From Candidatus Pacearchaeota archaeon (lineage in GTDB: Archaea > Nanobdellota > Nanobdellia > Pacearchaeales > GW2011-AR1), in assembly GCA_016186365.1 (NCBI GenBank), contig JACPLT010000015.1:1-48739 (forward strand): a stretch of 48,739 bases of DNA, read 5' to 3'. Every line of letters begins with the position of its first letter. Positions within the stretch are counted from its first letter, which is position 1. This document shows positions 25,336 to 34,047 of this stretch, piece by piece. The notes below the pieces were generated by a model, which was not told the DNA's origin, made no database searches, and saw nothing but the letters and a program-made list of their open reading frames with translations. A program made the position numbers and the translations under genes.

Positions 25336-27030
25336 ATGAAATACTCTGATTTATGCAAGGTTTATGAAGAGCTGGAAAAAACAACAAAGGGGCTGGAAAA
25401 AACCTCTATTTTATCAAAATTTCTGGAGAAAATAGAAAACGAGCCTGAAATAATTTATCTTCTTCAGGGAAGGATATTTCCAGATTATAATAATCAGGAA
25501 CTTGGGATATCCACACAACTCGTGATAAAAGCGATTGCAAGAGCCACAGGTATAGAAGAGCCCGAAGTTATAAAAGAATTCAAGAAACTTGGAGATTTGG
25601 GAAAAGTTGCAGAATTCCTTATTAACAAAAAAAGGCAGTCAACTTTATTTTCAAAAAATCTTACTACAGAGAAAATACTTGCTAATTTAAAGAAGATTCC
25701 AGAATTGGAGGGAAAAGGAACAATTGATAAAAAACTTGCACTTATTATAGAACTCCTTAACTCTGCAAGAGGAGAAGAAGCGAAATACATAATAAAAACT
25801 ATTTTATCAGATTTAAAAATAGGAGTAGGCAGCGGATTAATAAGAGATGCAATTGTGGATTACTGCTACCATCCAAAAAGTATTGAAGAAAAAAAAGCAG
25901 GTATTGAAAAAGTTCAGGAGGCTTATGATATCACCACAGATTTTGCAGAGGTTTTCAATAAAACCTGCAAGAATTCTTTATCTTCAATCTCCCTATCTCC
26001 AGGAAAGCCGGTCAAAGTGATGCTGTTTCCAAAAGCAGAAAATATAGACAATGCTTTTGAAATAGTAGGAAAACCTGCTGCTTTTGAATATAAATATGAC
26101 GGATTCAGAATGATGATTAACAAGCAGGATAACGGAGAGATAAAGATATTCACAAGAAGGCTGGAGAATGTAACAAAGCAGTTTCCAGATGCAGTGAAAT
26201 ATATAAAAGAAAACATAAAAGGAAAAAGTTTTATTCTTGATGCAGAAGCAGTAGGCTATTCCCCAATAACAAAAGAATATCGTGCATTTCAGGATATCTC
26301 CCAAAGAATAAAAAGAAAATATAATATTAATATCCTTGAAAAAGAGCTGCCAATAGAATTGAACATATTTGATATAATCTATTTCGAAGGAAGTTCTTTG
26401 ATTAGCACCCCCTTCAAAAAAAGAAGAGAGCTAATTGAAAAAATAATTAAACCCTCACCTTTCAAAATAAAACTGGCTGAACAGATAATAACTGCAGATG
26501 AAAAAGAAGCAGAAGAGTTCTATGAAAAAGCTCTTGAAGAAGGACAAGAAGGATTAATGGCAAAAAACCTTGAGGCAGGATACAAACCAGGAGCAAGAGT
26601 GGGGCATGCAGTAAAGCTAAAGCCAGACGCAGAAGAGTTGGATTTAGTTATAACCGGAGCAGAATATGGGACAGGGAAAAGAGCAGGCTGGCTTACCAGT
26701 TATGATGTTTCTTGCAAGAATAATGCGTCTCTGCTTGAAATAGGAAAGGTTTCAACAGGATTAAAAGAAAAACAAGAGCAGGGATTATCTTTTATTGATT
26801 TAACAAATGAGCTTAAAAAAATAATAATAAAAGAAGAGGGGAAGCATTTATTCGTAAAGCCGGAGATAGTTATAACCGTAGGATATCAAAATATACAAAA
26901 ATCTCCCTCCTACTCTTCGGGATATGCCCTGAGATTTCCAAGGGTGAAAGCTCTCCGTCCAGACAGGAGCATTTCAGACATAGCAACACTTAAAGAAGTG
27001 GAAAAAGAGTTCATCAAACAGCAAAAATAA
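25336..27030 (+). CDS. lig: ATP-dependent DNA ligase
   Basis: Adenylation motif I EYKYDGFRM, motifs ILDAEAV and MAKNLEAGYKPGARVGHAVKLK, and an OB-domain tail. The ORF track starts at TTG 25321; the first ATG is 25336 (MKYSDL). Confidence 0.95.
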   Translation: MKYSDLCKVYEELEKTTKGLEKTSILSKFLEKIENEPEIIYLLQGRIFPDYNNQELGISTQLVIKAIARATGIEEPEVIKEFKKLGDLGKVAEFLINKKRQSTLFSKNLTTEKILANLKKIPELEGKGTIDKKLALIIELLNSARGEEAKYIIKTILSDLKIGVGSGLIRDAIVDYCYHPKSIEEKKAGIEKVQEAYDITTDFAEVFNKTCKNSLSSISLSPGKPVKVMLFPKAENIDNAFEIVGKPAAFEYKYDGFRMMINKQDNGEIKIFTRRLENVTKQFPDAVKYIKENIKGKSFILDAEAVGYSPITKEYRAFQDISQRIKRKYNINILEKELPIELNIFDIIYFEGSSLISTPFKKRRELIEKIIKPSPFKIKLAEQIITADEKEAEEFYEKALEEGQEGLMAKNLEAGYKPGARVGHAVKLKPDAEELDLVITGAEYGTGKRAGWLTSYDVSCKNNASLLEIGKVSTGLKEKQEQGLSFIDLTNELKKIIIKEEGKHLFVKPEIVITVGYQNIQKSPSYSSGYALRFPRVKALRPDRSISDIATLKEVEKEFIKQQK

Positions 27031-27057
27031 AATTCGCATAAAAATTGATGCTTTTTC

Positions 27058-27510
27058 TTATCCAGAGGTAATTTCAAGGAATTTTTTTATCTTATCCTTT
27101 GCATCTTCTAAACTTGCATAAGCATAACATTCAAAAAAAGAGGGGATATATTGAGAGTTCATTTTTCCTTGGATATAAGCGGAAACTTTATCTTTTAACT
27201 CTCCTTTGAATAAACACAAAATGGGTTTTCCTAAATGAATCATGTCAGAAATCTCGCTTCCCACTCCCAAGCTAGGATTGCTTACTTCAAAAATTCCTAC
27301 ATCAGATTCCAGCTCCCATTTATAATCTCTATCATGAATACAAGTTTTTGTAAGTTTATTCTCTTCTTCTATTATGCCTACTTGTATTTGATGTCTAGAA
27401 ACCAATTTGTGTCCCAATTTCTCTATACTTTCTTGAAGCCTTTCTAATTCCTCTCTTTTTACAACATCCTGTCCTCCCCTCATAGCACAACCAAAAAATA
27501 CTTTTGCCAT
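27058..27510 (-). CDS. nucleoside 2-deoxyribosyltransferase-like protein (DNPH1/Rcl-like)
   Basis: N-terminal VFFGCAMRGGQD resembles the DNPH1 (I/V)YF(C/A)GSIRGGR motif. 150 aa, the right size. Confidence 0.65.
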   Translation of the reverse strand: MAKVFFGCAMRGGQDVVKREELERLQESIEKLGHKLVSRHQIQVGIIEEENKLTKTCIHDRDYKWELESDVGIFEVSNPSLGVGSEISDMIHLGKPILCLFKGELKDKVSAYIQGKMNSQYIPSFFECYAYASLEDAKDKIKKFLEITSG

Positions 27511-27645
27511 AAAGTTAATTAATATGATTATTTTTAAATCTTACATTCATAAAAAAGTGCAAAAGAGAATATGACCTCAAAATTACATTGTTCAAATAAT
27601 CTTACAAAAAATAAATTTATAAACTACCTCTTCCTATAATAAAAA

Positions 27646-27758
27646 ATGAAAAAATTTGATAATTTTTACCTCGTTAAATTTCAGGAGAAATTTAAGATGA
27701 AAAAAATGAATGAATTTTTTACCTCGTTAAATTTCAGGAGAAATTTAAGATGAAAAAG
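27646..27758 (+). repeat. tandem duplication (51 + 53 nt units plus a partial third) of the ribosome-binding site and start-codon region
   Basis: The unit ATGAAAAAA...TTTTTACCTCGTTAAATTTCAGGAGAAATTTAAG occurs at 27646-27696 and 27697-27749, with a third ATGAAAAAG at 27750. The 42-mer 27663-27704 equals 27716-27757. Confidence 0.85.
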
Positions 27759-28217
27759 AAAGTGAACCTTGTTATATGGATTGTATTTTTCTTAGCACTA
27801 ACTTCATTTATCTCTTTTGCAGAACAAACCTGCATTCCTGATTGGGAATGCGATTCCTGGGATCCCGAAACTTGTATAGAAGGAGAAGACGACTATCAAT
27901 ACAGAAGCTGTTGGGATAACAATGATTGCGGGACTGATGAAGGTTATCCTAAAGAAGAGAGAGAGTGCAACTTCAATCAGGAAGCTGGAAATTCAACTAA
28001 AATGCTGGCTAATGAATTAGAATTTCTTAAAGAAAAAATGGACTACATCCGCCAGGCGAATTTAACTCCAATAGGAATTGTCATTCTAGCAATAGCGGGA
28101 ATACTAATTATTATAATACTTGCTAATTGGCTGTACAAACAGCTAAAGCCAAAAACAAAAGCAATAATTTATGTCAGCAAATCCGAAGACAAAGAGCAAA
28201 AATACGCCACGAGGTAG
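27750..28217 (+). CDS. secreted Cys-rich protein with C-terminal TM anchor
   Basis: Signal MKKKVNLVIWIVFFLALTSFISFA. CIPDWECDSWDPETCIEGEDDYQYRSCWDNNDCG...EC. TM IGIVILAIAGILIIIILANWLY. Confidence 0.6.
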   Translation: MKKKVNLVIWIVFFLALTSFISFAEQTCIPDWECDSWDPETCIEGEDDYQYRSCWDNNDCGTDEGYPKEERECNFNQEAGNSTKMLANELEFLKEKMDYIRQANLTPIGIVILAIAGILIIIILANWLYKQLKPKTKAIIYVSKSEDKEQKYATR

Positions 28218-28305
28218 AAATGTTTATTTTATTTTGTCTTGCCAATCCGCAAGATAGAATTTAAATTTGGAAGAAAATAGATGATTAAAATTAGTTAAAT
28301 AATTT

Positions 28306-28689
28306 CTATTTATTAAACGAAATTTTACAATTATTTTTTATCCAAGATATATCATCTTTAATCTCAACAACCCTTTTGCTAATACCTTCAACATTTATTT
28401 CTGTTTCTGTAATCCTCTTTTTTAAGGGATTTAAATAAGAAATCCATAATAGAAAACCGCCACCAAATAATCCCGCCATCCATTCATAACCTGGCGGTAA
28501 ACCTATTTCTTGAAATATTGGGTCTTTTGTTGCTACCGCAGTGATTACTATAACAAATTGAATTATTACTAAAAAATCGAGTATTCTACTTAGAATGTAT
28601 CTAACTTTTTTAGTTTGGCTTAATCTTTTTATGATAAGTAATAAGAAAAATCCAATAATCAATACCCACCAAACAATCATAAATAACAT
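28306..28689 (-). CDS. hypothetical membrane protein
   Basis: 127 aa with three hydrophobic helices. Confidence 0.5.
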   Translation of the reverse strand: MLFMIVWWVLIIGFFLLLIIKRLSQTKKVRYILSRILDFLVIIQFVIVITAVATKDPIFQEIGLPPGYEWMAGLFGGGFLLWISYLNPLKKRITETEINVEGISKRVVEIKDDISWIKNNCKISFNK

Positions 28690-28808
28690 ATTAACTTATC
28701 TCTCCTTTTGTATTATAAAATTTATAGTTTGAAAGTATTTAAACATTTTTATCTGGTCTTGATTATTTTATTCATTTAAATACCTAAAATATCTCCTCGA
28801 TTAAAATA

Positions 28809-28822
28809 GAAAGATTTAAATA
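28809..28822 (+). promoter_or_regulatory. BRE/TATA-like promoter element of tbp
   Basis: GAAAGATTTAAATA ends 25 nt upstream of ATG 28847. The 14-mer is identical to 20052-20065, and both genes start in the context TTACTATG. Confidence 0.5.
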
Positions 28823-28846
28823 GGCACTCTATTTAAAAATCTTACT

Positions 28847-29404
28847 ATGTCATCTGAAAAAGCCAGTTTAAAAGTTCAAAATATTGTTGCTACCACTTCT
28901 CTTAATGTTCCTGTTCCTCTTACAAAACTCGCAAGAAGCCAAAGCAATACAGAATACAATCCTGAAACATTTCCAGGCTTAGTTTTAAGAATAAAAAAGC
29001 CAAAATCCGCAGTTCTCGTTTTTTCATCAGGAAATCTTGTCTGCACAGGAACAAAAAGCATCGGGCAGGTTAAGCAGGTTATAGAATCTGTAATAAAACA
29101 GCTAAAAAGAATAAATGTCAGGGTAAAAGACAAGCCAAGAATTAATGTTCAGAATATAGTTGCCTCTGGTTCTATTAATTTAATGTTAAATCTTAATCTT
29201 CTTGCTCTCGAGCTGGAAAACACAGAATACGAGCCAGAGCAGTTCCCGGGCTTAGTTTACAAGCTTGCAGAACCGAACGCAACTTTCCTTCTCTTCACAA
29301 ACGGCAAGCTTGTCTGCACAGGAACAAAAAATAAAAAACAGCTTGAAAAAAGCATGGACCAGCTCATCAAGAATGTCAAAGAAGCTATGAAGCGTATGGA
29401 ATAA
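28847..29404 (+). CDS. tbp: TATA-box binding protein
   Basis: Two direct repeats (VQNIVATTSLNVPV...PGLVLRIKKPKSAVLVFSSGNLVCTGTKS and VQNIVASGSINLML...PGLVYKLAEPNATFLLFTNGKLVCTGTKN), the classic TBP fold signature. Confidence 0.95.
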   Translation: MSSEKASLKVQNIVATTSLNVPVPLTKLARSQSNTEYNPETFPGLVLRIKKPKSAVLVFSSGNLVCTGTKSIGQVKQVIESVIKQLKRINVRVKDKPRINVQNIVASGSINLMLNLNLLALELENTEYEPEQFPGLVYKLAEPNATFLLFTNGKLVCTGTKNKKQLEKSMDQLIKNVKEAMKRME

Positions 29405-29458
29405 GCTAACTCTAATAATCCCTTCCCAAATATCGCGATAAAGAAATTGCTCAGCAAT

Positions 29459-29626
29459 GTCAAGAACCCCCGGTTCTTGAGCACCCTAAAATTGCATAAA
29501 GCAAACAGCAATTTTTTGGTTTCAGTCTTTCTAAATCTGACATGTCGGAAATGCTATGTATCTCATGCATTTCTGAGCATGCTCAAGAACCCATGCACGT
29601 TTTGAGCTTTAGCAAGGTTCTTGACA
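29459..29626. repeat. inverted-repeat cluster in the tbp-mcm spacer, including hairpin-family copy c (minus strand)
   Basis: caagaacc/ggttcttg arms lie at 29461, 29472, 29584 and 29616. Palindrome tgagcatgctca spans 29574-29585. ggaaatgc (29547-29554) pairs with gcatttct (29567-29574). The reverse complement matches copy a: GCTCAGAAATGCA.GAG....ATAGCATTTC.GACAT. Confidence 0.65.
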
Positions 29627-29720
29627 CAACAAACTGGAGGTATTAAACCCAGATTTAGAAATAAAAATATATATCTCAATCTATAGAAATTAATATAAAT
29701 CCCGCCCTGCTTATAAAAAA

Positions 29721-31730
29721 ATGGAGAAAAAAACAGAGGAGCTAATTTTAGAAGCAAGAAACTTTTTTGAAAGTTATAAAAAAGAGCTTGGAAAAACCAT
29801 AAGAGAGGGAAGCAACGTAATCTCCATTGATTTCAACTCCCTGTCTGAAAATGCAAGAGAGGTGGCAGATAGCCTTCTCTCTAACCCAGAAGAAACTATT
29901 TCTATTCTTGAACTCGCTGCAGAAGAGCTTGGATTTGTCACAAATCCTGTAGTAAGACTTCTTGTTCTGCAGGAATCTTATTCAGAAAAAATAAGAAATT
30001 TAAGAGCAAAACATCTCAATAAATTAATACAAGTAGAAGGAATAATAAGGCAGGCTTCTGAAGTCCGTCCTCAAGTTGTGAATGCCAAGTTTGAATGCCC
30101 TTCTTGTGGAACAATTATCTCTGTTTTGCAGATAGAAGCCCGATTCAGAGAGCCCACTCGCTGCACCTGTGGCAGAAAAGGTGGATTCAAGCTCATGACA
30201 AAAGAAATGGTAGACGCTCAAAGAATTGTTATAGAAGAATCCCCTGATGCTCTAGAGGGAGGTGAACAGCCAAGAAGAATTTCTGTTTTTTTAAAAAAAG
30301 ATTTAGTTGACCCTAGAATGGAAGAAAGAACAACTCCTGGAAGCAGGGTAAAAATAATAGGTATACTAAAAGAAATTCCAAGATTAAGCCCTGCAGGCGG
30401 AATACTGACAAGATACGACATCGCAGTAGAAGCAAATAATGTTATCCCAATGGAAGAAACCTTTGAAAATTTAGACATTTCAGAAGAAGATGAAATGCAG
30501 ATAAAAGAAATGGCCGCAGACCCCAGAATTCTTGACAGGTTTATAGAGAGCATCTCTCCAAGTGTTTATGGGCATACTGAAATTAAAAAATCTCTCGCCT
30601 TGCAATTATTCGGAGGAGTTAAAAAAACAAGGAGCGACGGGACAAAAACAAGAGGAGATATCCATGTGTTATTAGTCGGAGACCCAGGAGTTGCAAAATC
30701 AGTAATGTTAAAATTTATTTCAGGAATTGCTCCAAAAGGAAGGTATGTTGCAGGAAGAGGAACAAGCGGAGCAGGGCTGACAGCAACAGTTGTAAGAGAT
30801 GAATTTCTAAGAGGGTGGAGCTTGGAAGCAGGAGCAATGGTCCTTGCAAATAAAGGATTAGTCTGTATTGATGAACTAGAAAAAATGGATCCCCAGGACA
30901 GAAGTGCCATGCATGAATCAATGGAGCAGCAGTCTGTAACAGTAAGCAAGGCTAACGTCCAAGCGACGCTTCGCTCGGAGACATCAGTCTTGGCAGCAGC
31001 TAATCCAAAATTTGGAAGGTTCGATCCCTATCAAACAGTTGCCAGCCAGATAGATATTCCTCCCACTTTAATCAACAGATTTGATGTTATTTTTATACTG
31101 AAAGATAACCCTGACAGGGCAAAAGACGAAGCAATCGCAAACCATGTTTTAATGGAGCATAAACAGGAGGGAGGAAAAGCAATCATAGAAAGAGAGTTAT
31201 TCAGAAAATATATTGCCTATTCCAAACAAAAAGTATTCCCAAAACTTACAGATGAAGCAGTAGAAGAAATAAAAAAATTTTATGTGGATTTAAGAAATAC
31301 TTCGGTTTCTCTCGACCAGCCTACACGACCTCTTCCAATATCTGCAAGACAGCTAGAAGCCCTAATCAGACTTTCAGAAGCCTGTGCGAGATGTAGATTA
31401 AGCAAAAAAGTTTCAAGAGAAGACGCGATGAAAGCTATTGACTTAATGAAATACTATTTAATGCAAGTTGGCTATGATTACGAAACAAAAACATTTGATA
31501 TAGACAGGATAGCTTCAGGAGTTTCTTCAAGCCAGAGAGGAAAAATAATGCTGGTCAAAGATACAATAGCCAAGCTCGAAAACAAATTAGGAAAGCTCAT
31601 CCCTGTTGAAGAGCTGAAAAAAGAGCTGGAAGGAAAAATAGACGATAAAACACTTGAAGAGGCAGTTGAAAAACTGACAACTTCAGGAGACATTTTCCAC
31701 CCAAGAAAAGGATTTATACAAAAAATGTAA
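29721..31730 (+). CDS. mcm: MCM replicative helicase
   Basis: Zn motif CPSCG...CTCG, Walker A LLVGDPGVAKS, Walker B CIDELEKMD, arginine-finger region INRFDVIF and a C-terminal wH. 669 aa. Confidence 0.95.
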   Translation: MEKKTEELILEARNFFESYKKELGKTIREGSNVISIDFNSLSENAREVADSLLSNPEETISILELAAEELGFVTNPVVRLLVLQESYSEKIRNLRAKHLNKLIQVEGIIRQASEVRPQVVNAKFECPSCGTIISVLQIEARFREPTRCTCGRKGGFKLMTKEMVDAQRIVIEESPDALEGGEQPRRISVFLKKDLVDPRMEERTTPGSRVKIIGILKEIPRLSPAGGILTRYDIAVEANNVIPMEETFENLDISEEDEMQIKEMAADPRILDRFIESISPSVYGHTEIKKSLALQLFGGVKKTRSDGTKTRGDIHVLLVGDPGVAKSVMLKFISGIAPKGRYVAGRGTSGAGLTATVVRDEFLRGWSLEAGAMVLANKGLVCIDELEKMDPQDRSAMHESMEQQSVTVSKANVQATLRSETSVLAAANPKFGRFDPYQTVASQIDIPPTLINRFDVIFILKDNPDRAKDEAIANHVLMEHKQEGGKAIIERELFRKYIAYSKQKVFPKLTDEAVEEIKKFYVDLRNTSVSLDQPTRPLPISARQLEALIRLSEACARCRLSKKVSREDAMKAIDLMKYYLMQVGYDYETKTFDIDRIASGVSSSQRGKIMLVKDTIAKLENKLGKLIPVEELKKELEGKIDDKTLEEAVEKLTTSGDIFHPRKGFIQKM

Positions 31731-31803
31731 TATATAATAAATTATCTAATAATTTAAATACTTAAAAAAAGGTGAATAAAACAGGAGAAAAGAGTGTTAT
31801 AAA

Positions 31804-32415
31804 ATGCCGGAAATAATGCAGAGAGCAACTGCTTACAAATTAAGGATTGGAGATATTACTAGAGGAAAACCCATTCTCGATGGAGAAAAGTTCAAATATC
31901 TTGAATTAGACAACAGACAGATTGTCCGAGCCAGCATAGTAGCAAACATAATAGAAAGGTATGAAGGCCAGGGAGAGAAAAAATATCTTTCTTTCACAAT
32001 AGACGATGCTTCCGGGCAGATAAGGCTGAAAATATTCGGAGAGGATGTTGAAAAATATAAAGAAATAGCTCAAGGGAATACAGTAGTGGTTGTAGGTTTG
32101 GTAAGATTTTATAATAATGAAGTTTATATTGCTCCAGACTTGATAAGAATTCAGGACCCCAGATATCTTTTAGTTAGAAAGCTGGAGCTAGAAAAAGATA
32201 TTCCAAAAGAAGTCAAGAAAGAGGAATTTATTGAAGCGAGAGACAAAATAATCGAAATGATAAAAAAAGCAGAAGATATGGGGGGATTAGAAACAGATAA
32301 GTTAGTTATGGAACTGAAATTTTCTCCTGAAATAATAAATAAAGAAATTCAAAAATTGCTTGAAGAAGGTCTTGCTTACGAGCCTCGCCCAGGCAAAATC
32401 CGGTATCTTGGATAA
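31804..32415 (+). CDS. OB-fold protein with C-terminal winged-helix (RPA32/Rpa2-like, tentative)
   Basis: The central block VRASIVANIIERYEG...LSFTIDDASGQIRLKIFGED...VVVVGLVRFYNNEVYI looks like an OB fold. The C-terminal EIQKLLEEGLAYEPRPGKIRYL looks like a wH. Lies directly downstream of mcm. Confidence 0.55.
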   Translation: MPEIMQRATAYKLRIGDITRGKPILDGEKFKYLELDNRQIVRASIVANIIERYEGQGEKKYLSFTIDDASGQIRLKIFGEDVEKYKEIAQGNTVVVVGLVRFYNNEVYIAPDLIRIQDPRYLLVRKLELEKDIPKEVKKEEFIEARDKIIEMIKKAEDMGGLETDKLVMELKFSPEIINKEIQKLLEEGLAYEPRPGKIRYLG

Positions 32416-32450
32416 GACAAGCTTAAAAACCCTATAATTCTCACATTATT

Positions 32451-32858
32451 ATGGAAGAATATGAAAAACTGCTTGATGAAGCTTACAAAAAGATTAAGCC
32501 AGTTGAAAGCAAGGTAGACAGATTTGAAATTCCGCCAGTTGAAGGATTAATAGAAGGAAATAAGACAATTGTTTCAAATTTTATTCAAATCTGTTCATAC
32601 ATAAGGAGAAATCCAGAACATTTGATTAAATTTCTCTCAAAAGAGCTCGCAGCTCCCGGAAAAATGGATAATGGAAGATTAATACTTGTAAAAAAGATTC
32701 CTGCAAGAAGAATAGATGAAGTGGTAAAGGCTTATGTTGACAAGTATGTTACATGCAAAGAGTGTGGAAAGCCAGACACAGAGCTTATAAAAAAGGACAA
32801 TTTCACATTTATTCACTGCCTCGCATGCGGTGCTAAATACTCTATTGCCAAGATATAG
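32451..32858 (+). CDS. eif2b: translation initiation factor aIF2 beta subunit
   Basis: N-terminal helix, central domain (T.V.NF..I...L.R.PEHL.KFL..EL) and C-terminal zinc ribbon CKECGKPDT...CLACGA. Confidence 0.9.
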   Translation: MEEYEKLLDEAYKKIKPVESKVDRFEIPPVEGLIEGNKTIVSNFIQICSYIRRNPEHLIKFLSKELAAPGKMDNGRLILVKKIPARRIDEVVKAYVDKYVTCKECGKPDTELIKKDNFTFIHCLACGAKYSIAKI

Positions 32859-32921
32859 TGGTAAGATAGGTTTAAAAACCAAGGCAAATAAACTTAAAAA
32901 TGAAAGGAGGAAACTTGAATA

Positions 32922-33065
32922 ATGACAGAAGCATATTGTGTTAAGTGTAAGAAGAAAGTAGAAATGAAAGACGGAAAAGAGACAAAGACAAAAAGAGGCA
33001 CAGCAATGATGAAAGGAAAATGCCCTTCTTGTGGAACAACCGTCTGTAGAATAGGCGGGAAATAA
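32922..33065 (+). CDS. small zinc-ribbon protein (47 aa, DUF5679-like)
   Basis: Not in the ORF track. MTEAYCVKCKKKVEMKDGKETKTKRGTAMMKGKCPSCGTTVCRIGGK has CxxC...CxxC. A strong SD-like AAAGGAGGA lies about 20 nt upstream. Confidence 0.6.
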   Translation: MTEAYCVKCKKKVEMKDGKETKTKRGTAMMKGKCPSCGTTVCRIGGK

Positions 33066-33084
33066 TAATCTCTAAAGAATAAAT

Positions 33085-33241
33085 ATTAAGTAAACCTTGT
33101 AAATTAACATCTCCCGATTAAATATTATTCACCTAGAATTTGATTTTTCTCCCTTATTAAAAGGGGAGAACAAATAAAATTCAGGTCATATAATCCATTA
33201 AGTACTCGGTGTGAGATGTCAAGTTTGATTGTTTACTTAAG
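33085..33241. mobile_element. MITE-like element, copy 2 (about 157 bp, opposite orientation to copy 1)
   Basis: TTAAGTAAAC (33086-33095) pairs with GTTTACTTAA (33231-33240), and inner ACATCTC pairs with GAGATGT. Internal aaaaggggagaacaaataaaattc and aatttgatttttc match copy 1 in reverse complement. GAATAAAT is present on both flanks. Confidence 0.7.
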
Positions 33242-33302
33242 AATAAATTTATTAAAAAGAAGTCGTAGTAATATTTAAAAGAGATTAAAAGCTTTAATTT
33301 TT

Positions 33303-33599
33303 ATGCAATTAAAAATCCATCAGTCATACAGAAATGTAGTCTGTATCTGTGATTCTGAGCTGCTGGGAAAGCAGTTTGAAGAAAAAGAAAAGATACTCAA
33401 TGTCAGAGAAAGCTTCTATAAAGGAGATGAAATGGATGAACAGAAATTAGTCAAGACTATAGATGACATGGCAAAAGAAGATGCCACTTTTAATATTGTG
33501 GGAGAAAAATCAGTTAATCTAGCTATAAAAGCGGGAATTATCAGCAAAGAAGGAGTCAAATCAGTTTCAGGTATTCCTTTTGCTTTAGTTTTGATGTAG
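33303..33599 (+). CDS. DUF424-family archaeal protein
   Basis: The pattern VVCICDSELLGKQFEEKEKILNVRESFYKGDEM resembles the conserved DUF424 N-terminal block. Confidence 0.6.
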   Translation: MQLKIHQSYRNVVCICDSELLGKQFEEKEKILNVRESFYKGDEMDEQKLVKTIDDMAKEDATFNIVGEKSVNLAIKAGIISKEGVKSVSGIPFALVLM

Positions 33600-33717
33600 G
33601 GTTCTCAAACATTATGTATTCAATACATACTAATCATCAGTTAGTATAATTCGAATTCATAGATATTAACGCATTAACCAAAAAGCTTAAATATAGTATT
33701 TTCTACTAATATATTAC

Positions 33718-34047
33718 ATGGAAGAATTATTAAAAAATGCTCAAGAATTCCTAGAATCAGGAGAAGATAATATCAAAAAACAAAGATTCAGCCCTGCTGT
33801 TTCTGATTTCTTCAAGGCAATAGTAATCTTTTGCGATTATCTAATTTATAAAGAAATAAAAATAATACCAAAAAATCACGCTGACAGATTCTCTTTGCTG
33901 GAAAAATATTTTTCAGAAATTTATATCAAAATTTCAGAATTGTTTAAGCTTTATACTCAATCATACAATCTTAGATTAAAAATCGAAGATGCAGTTAAAT
34001 TGAAAAATTATGCCCATGAACTTAGAAATCTTGCAGATAAAAAATAA
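33718..34047 (+). CDS. HEPN-like protein (partner of the adjacent nucleotidyltransferase)
   Basis: 109-aa all-helical ORF that overlaps the downstream minimal NTase gene, the usual HEPN-MNT layout. I do not see a clean Rx4-6H motif. Confidence 0.55.
   Translation: MEELLKNAQEFLESGEDNIKKQRFSPAVSDFFKAIVIFCDYLIYKEIKIIPKNHADRFSLLEKYFSEIYIKISELFKLYTQSYNLRLKIEDAVKLKNYAHELRNLADKK

Noticed and set aside
29405-29720. Replication origin (oriC) in the tbp-mcm spacer
   Set aside because: No orc1/cdc6 gene is present in the window, and I recognise no ORB or mini-ORB-like repeats. The inverted repeats are instead explained by copies of the dispersed hairpin family. This remains a low-priority test, not a call.
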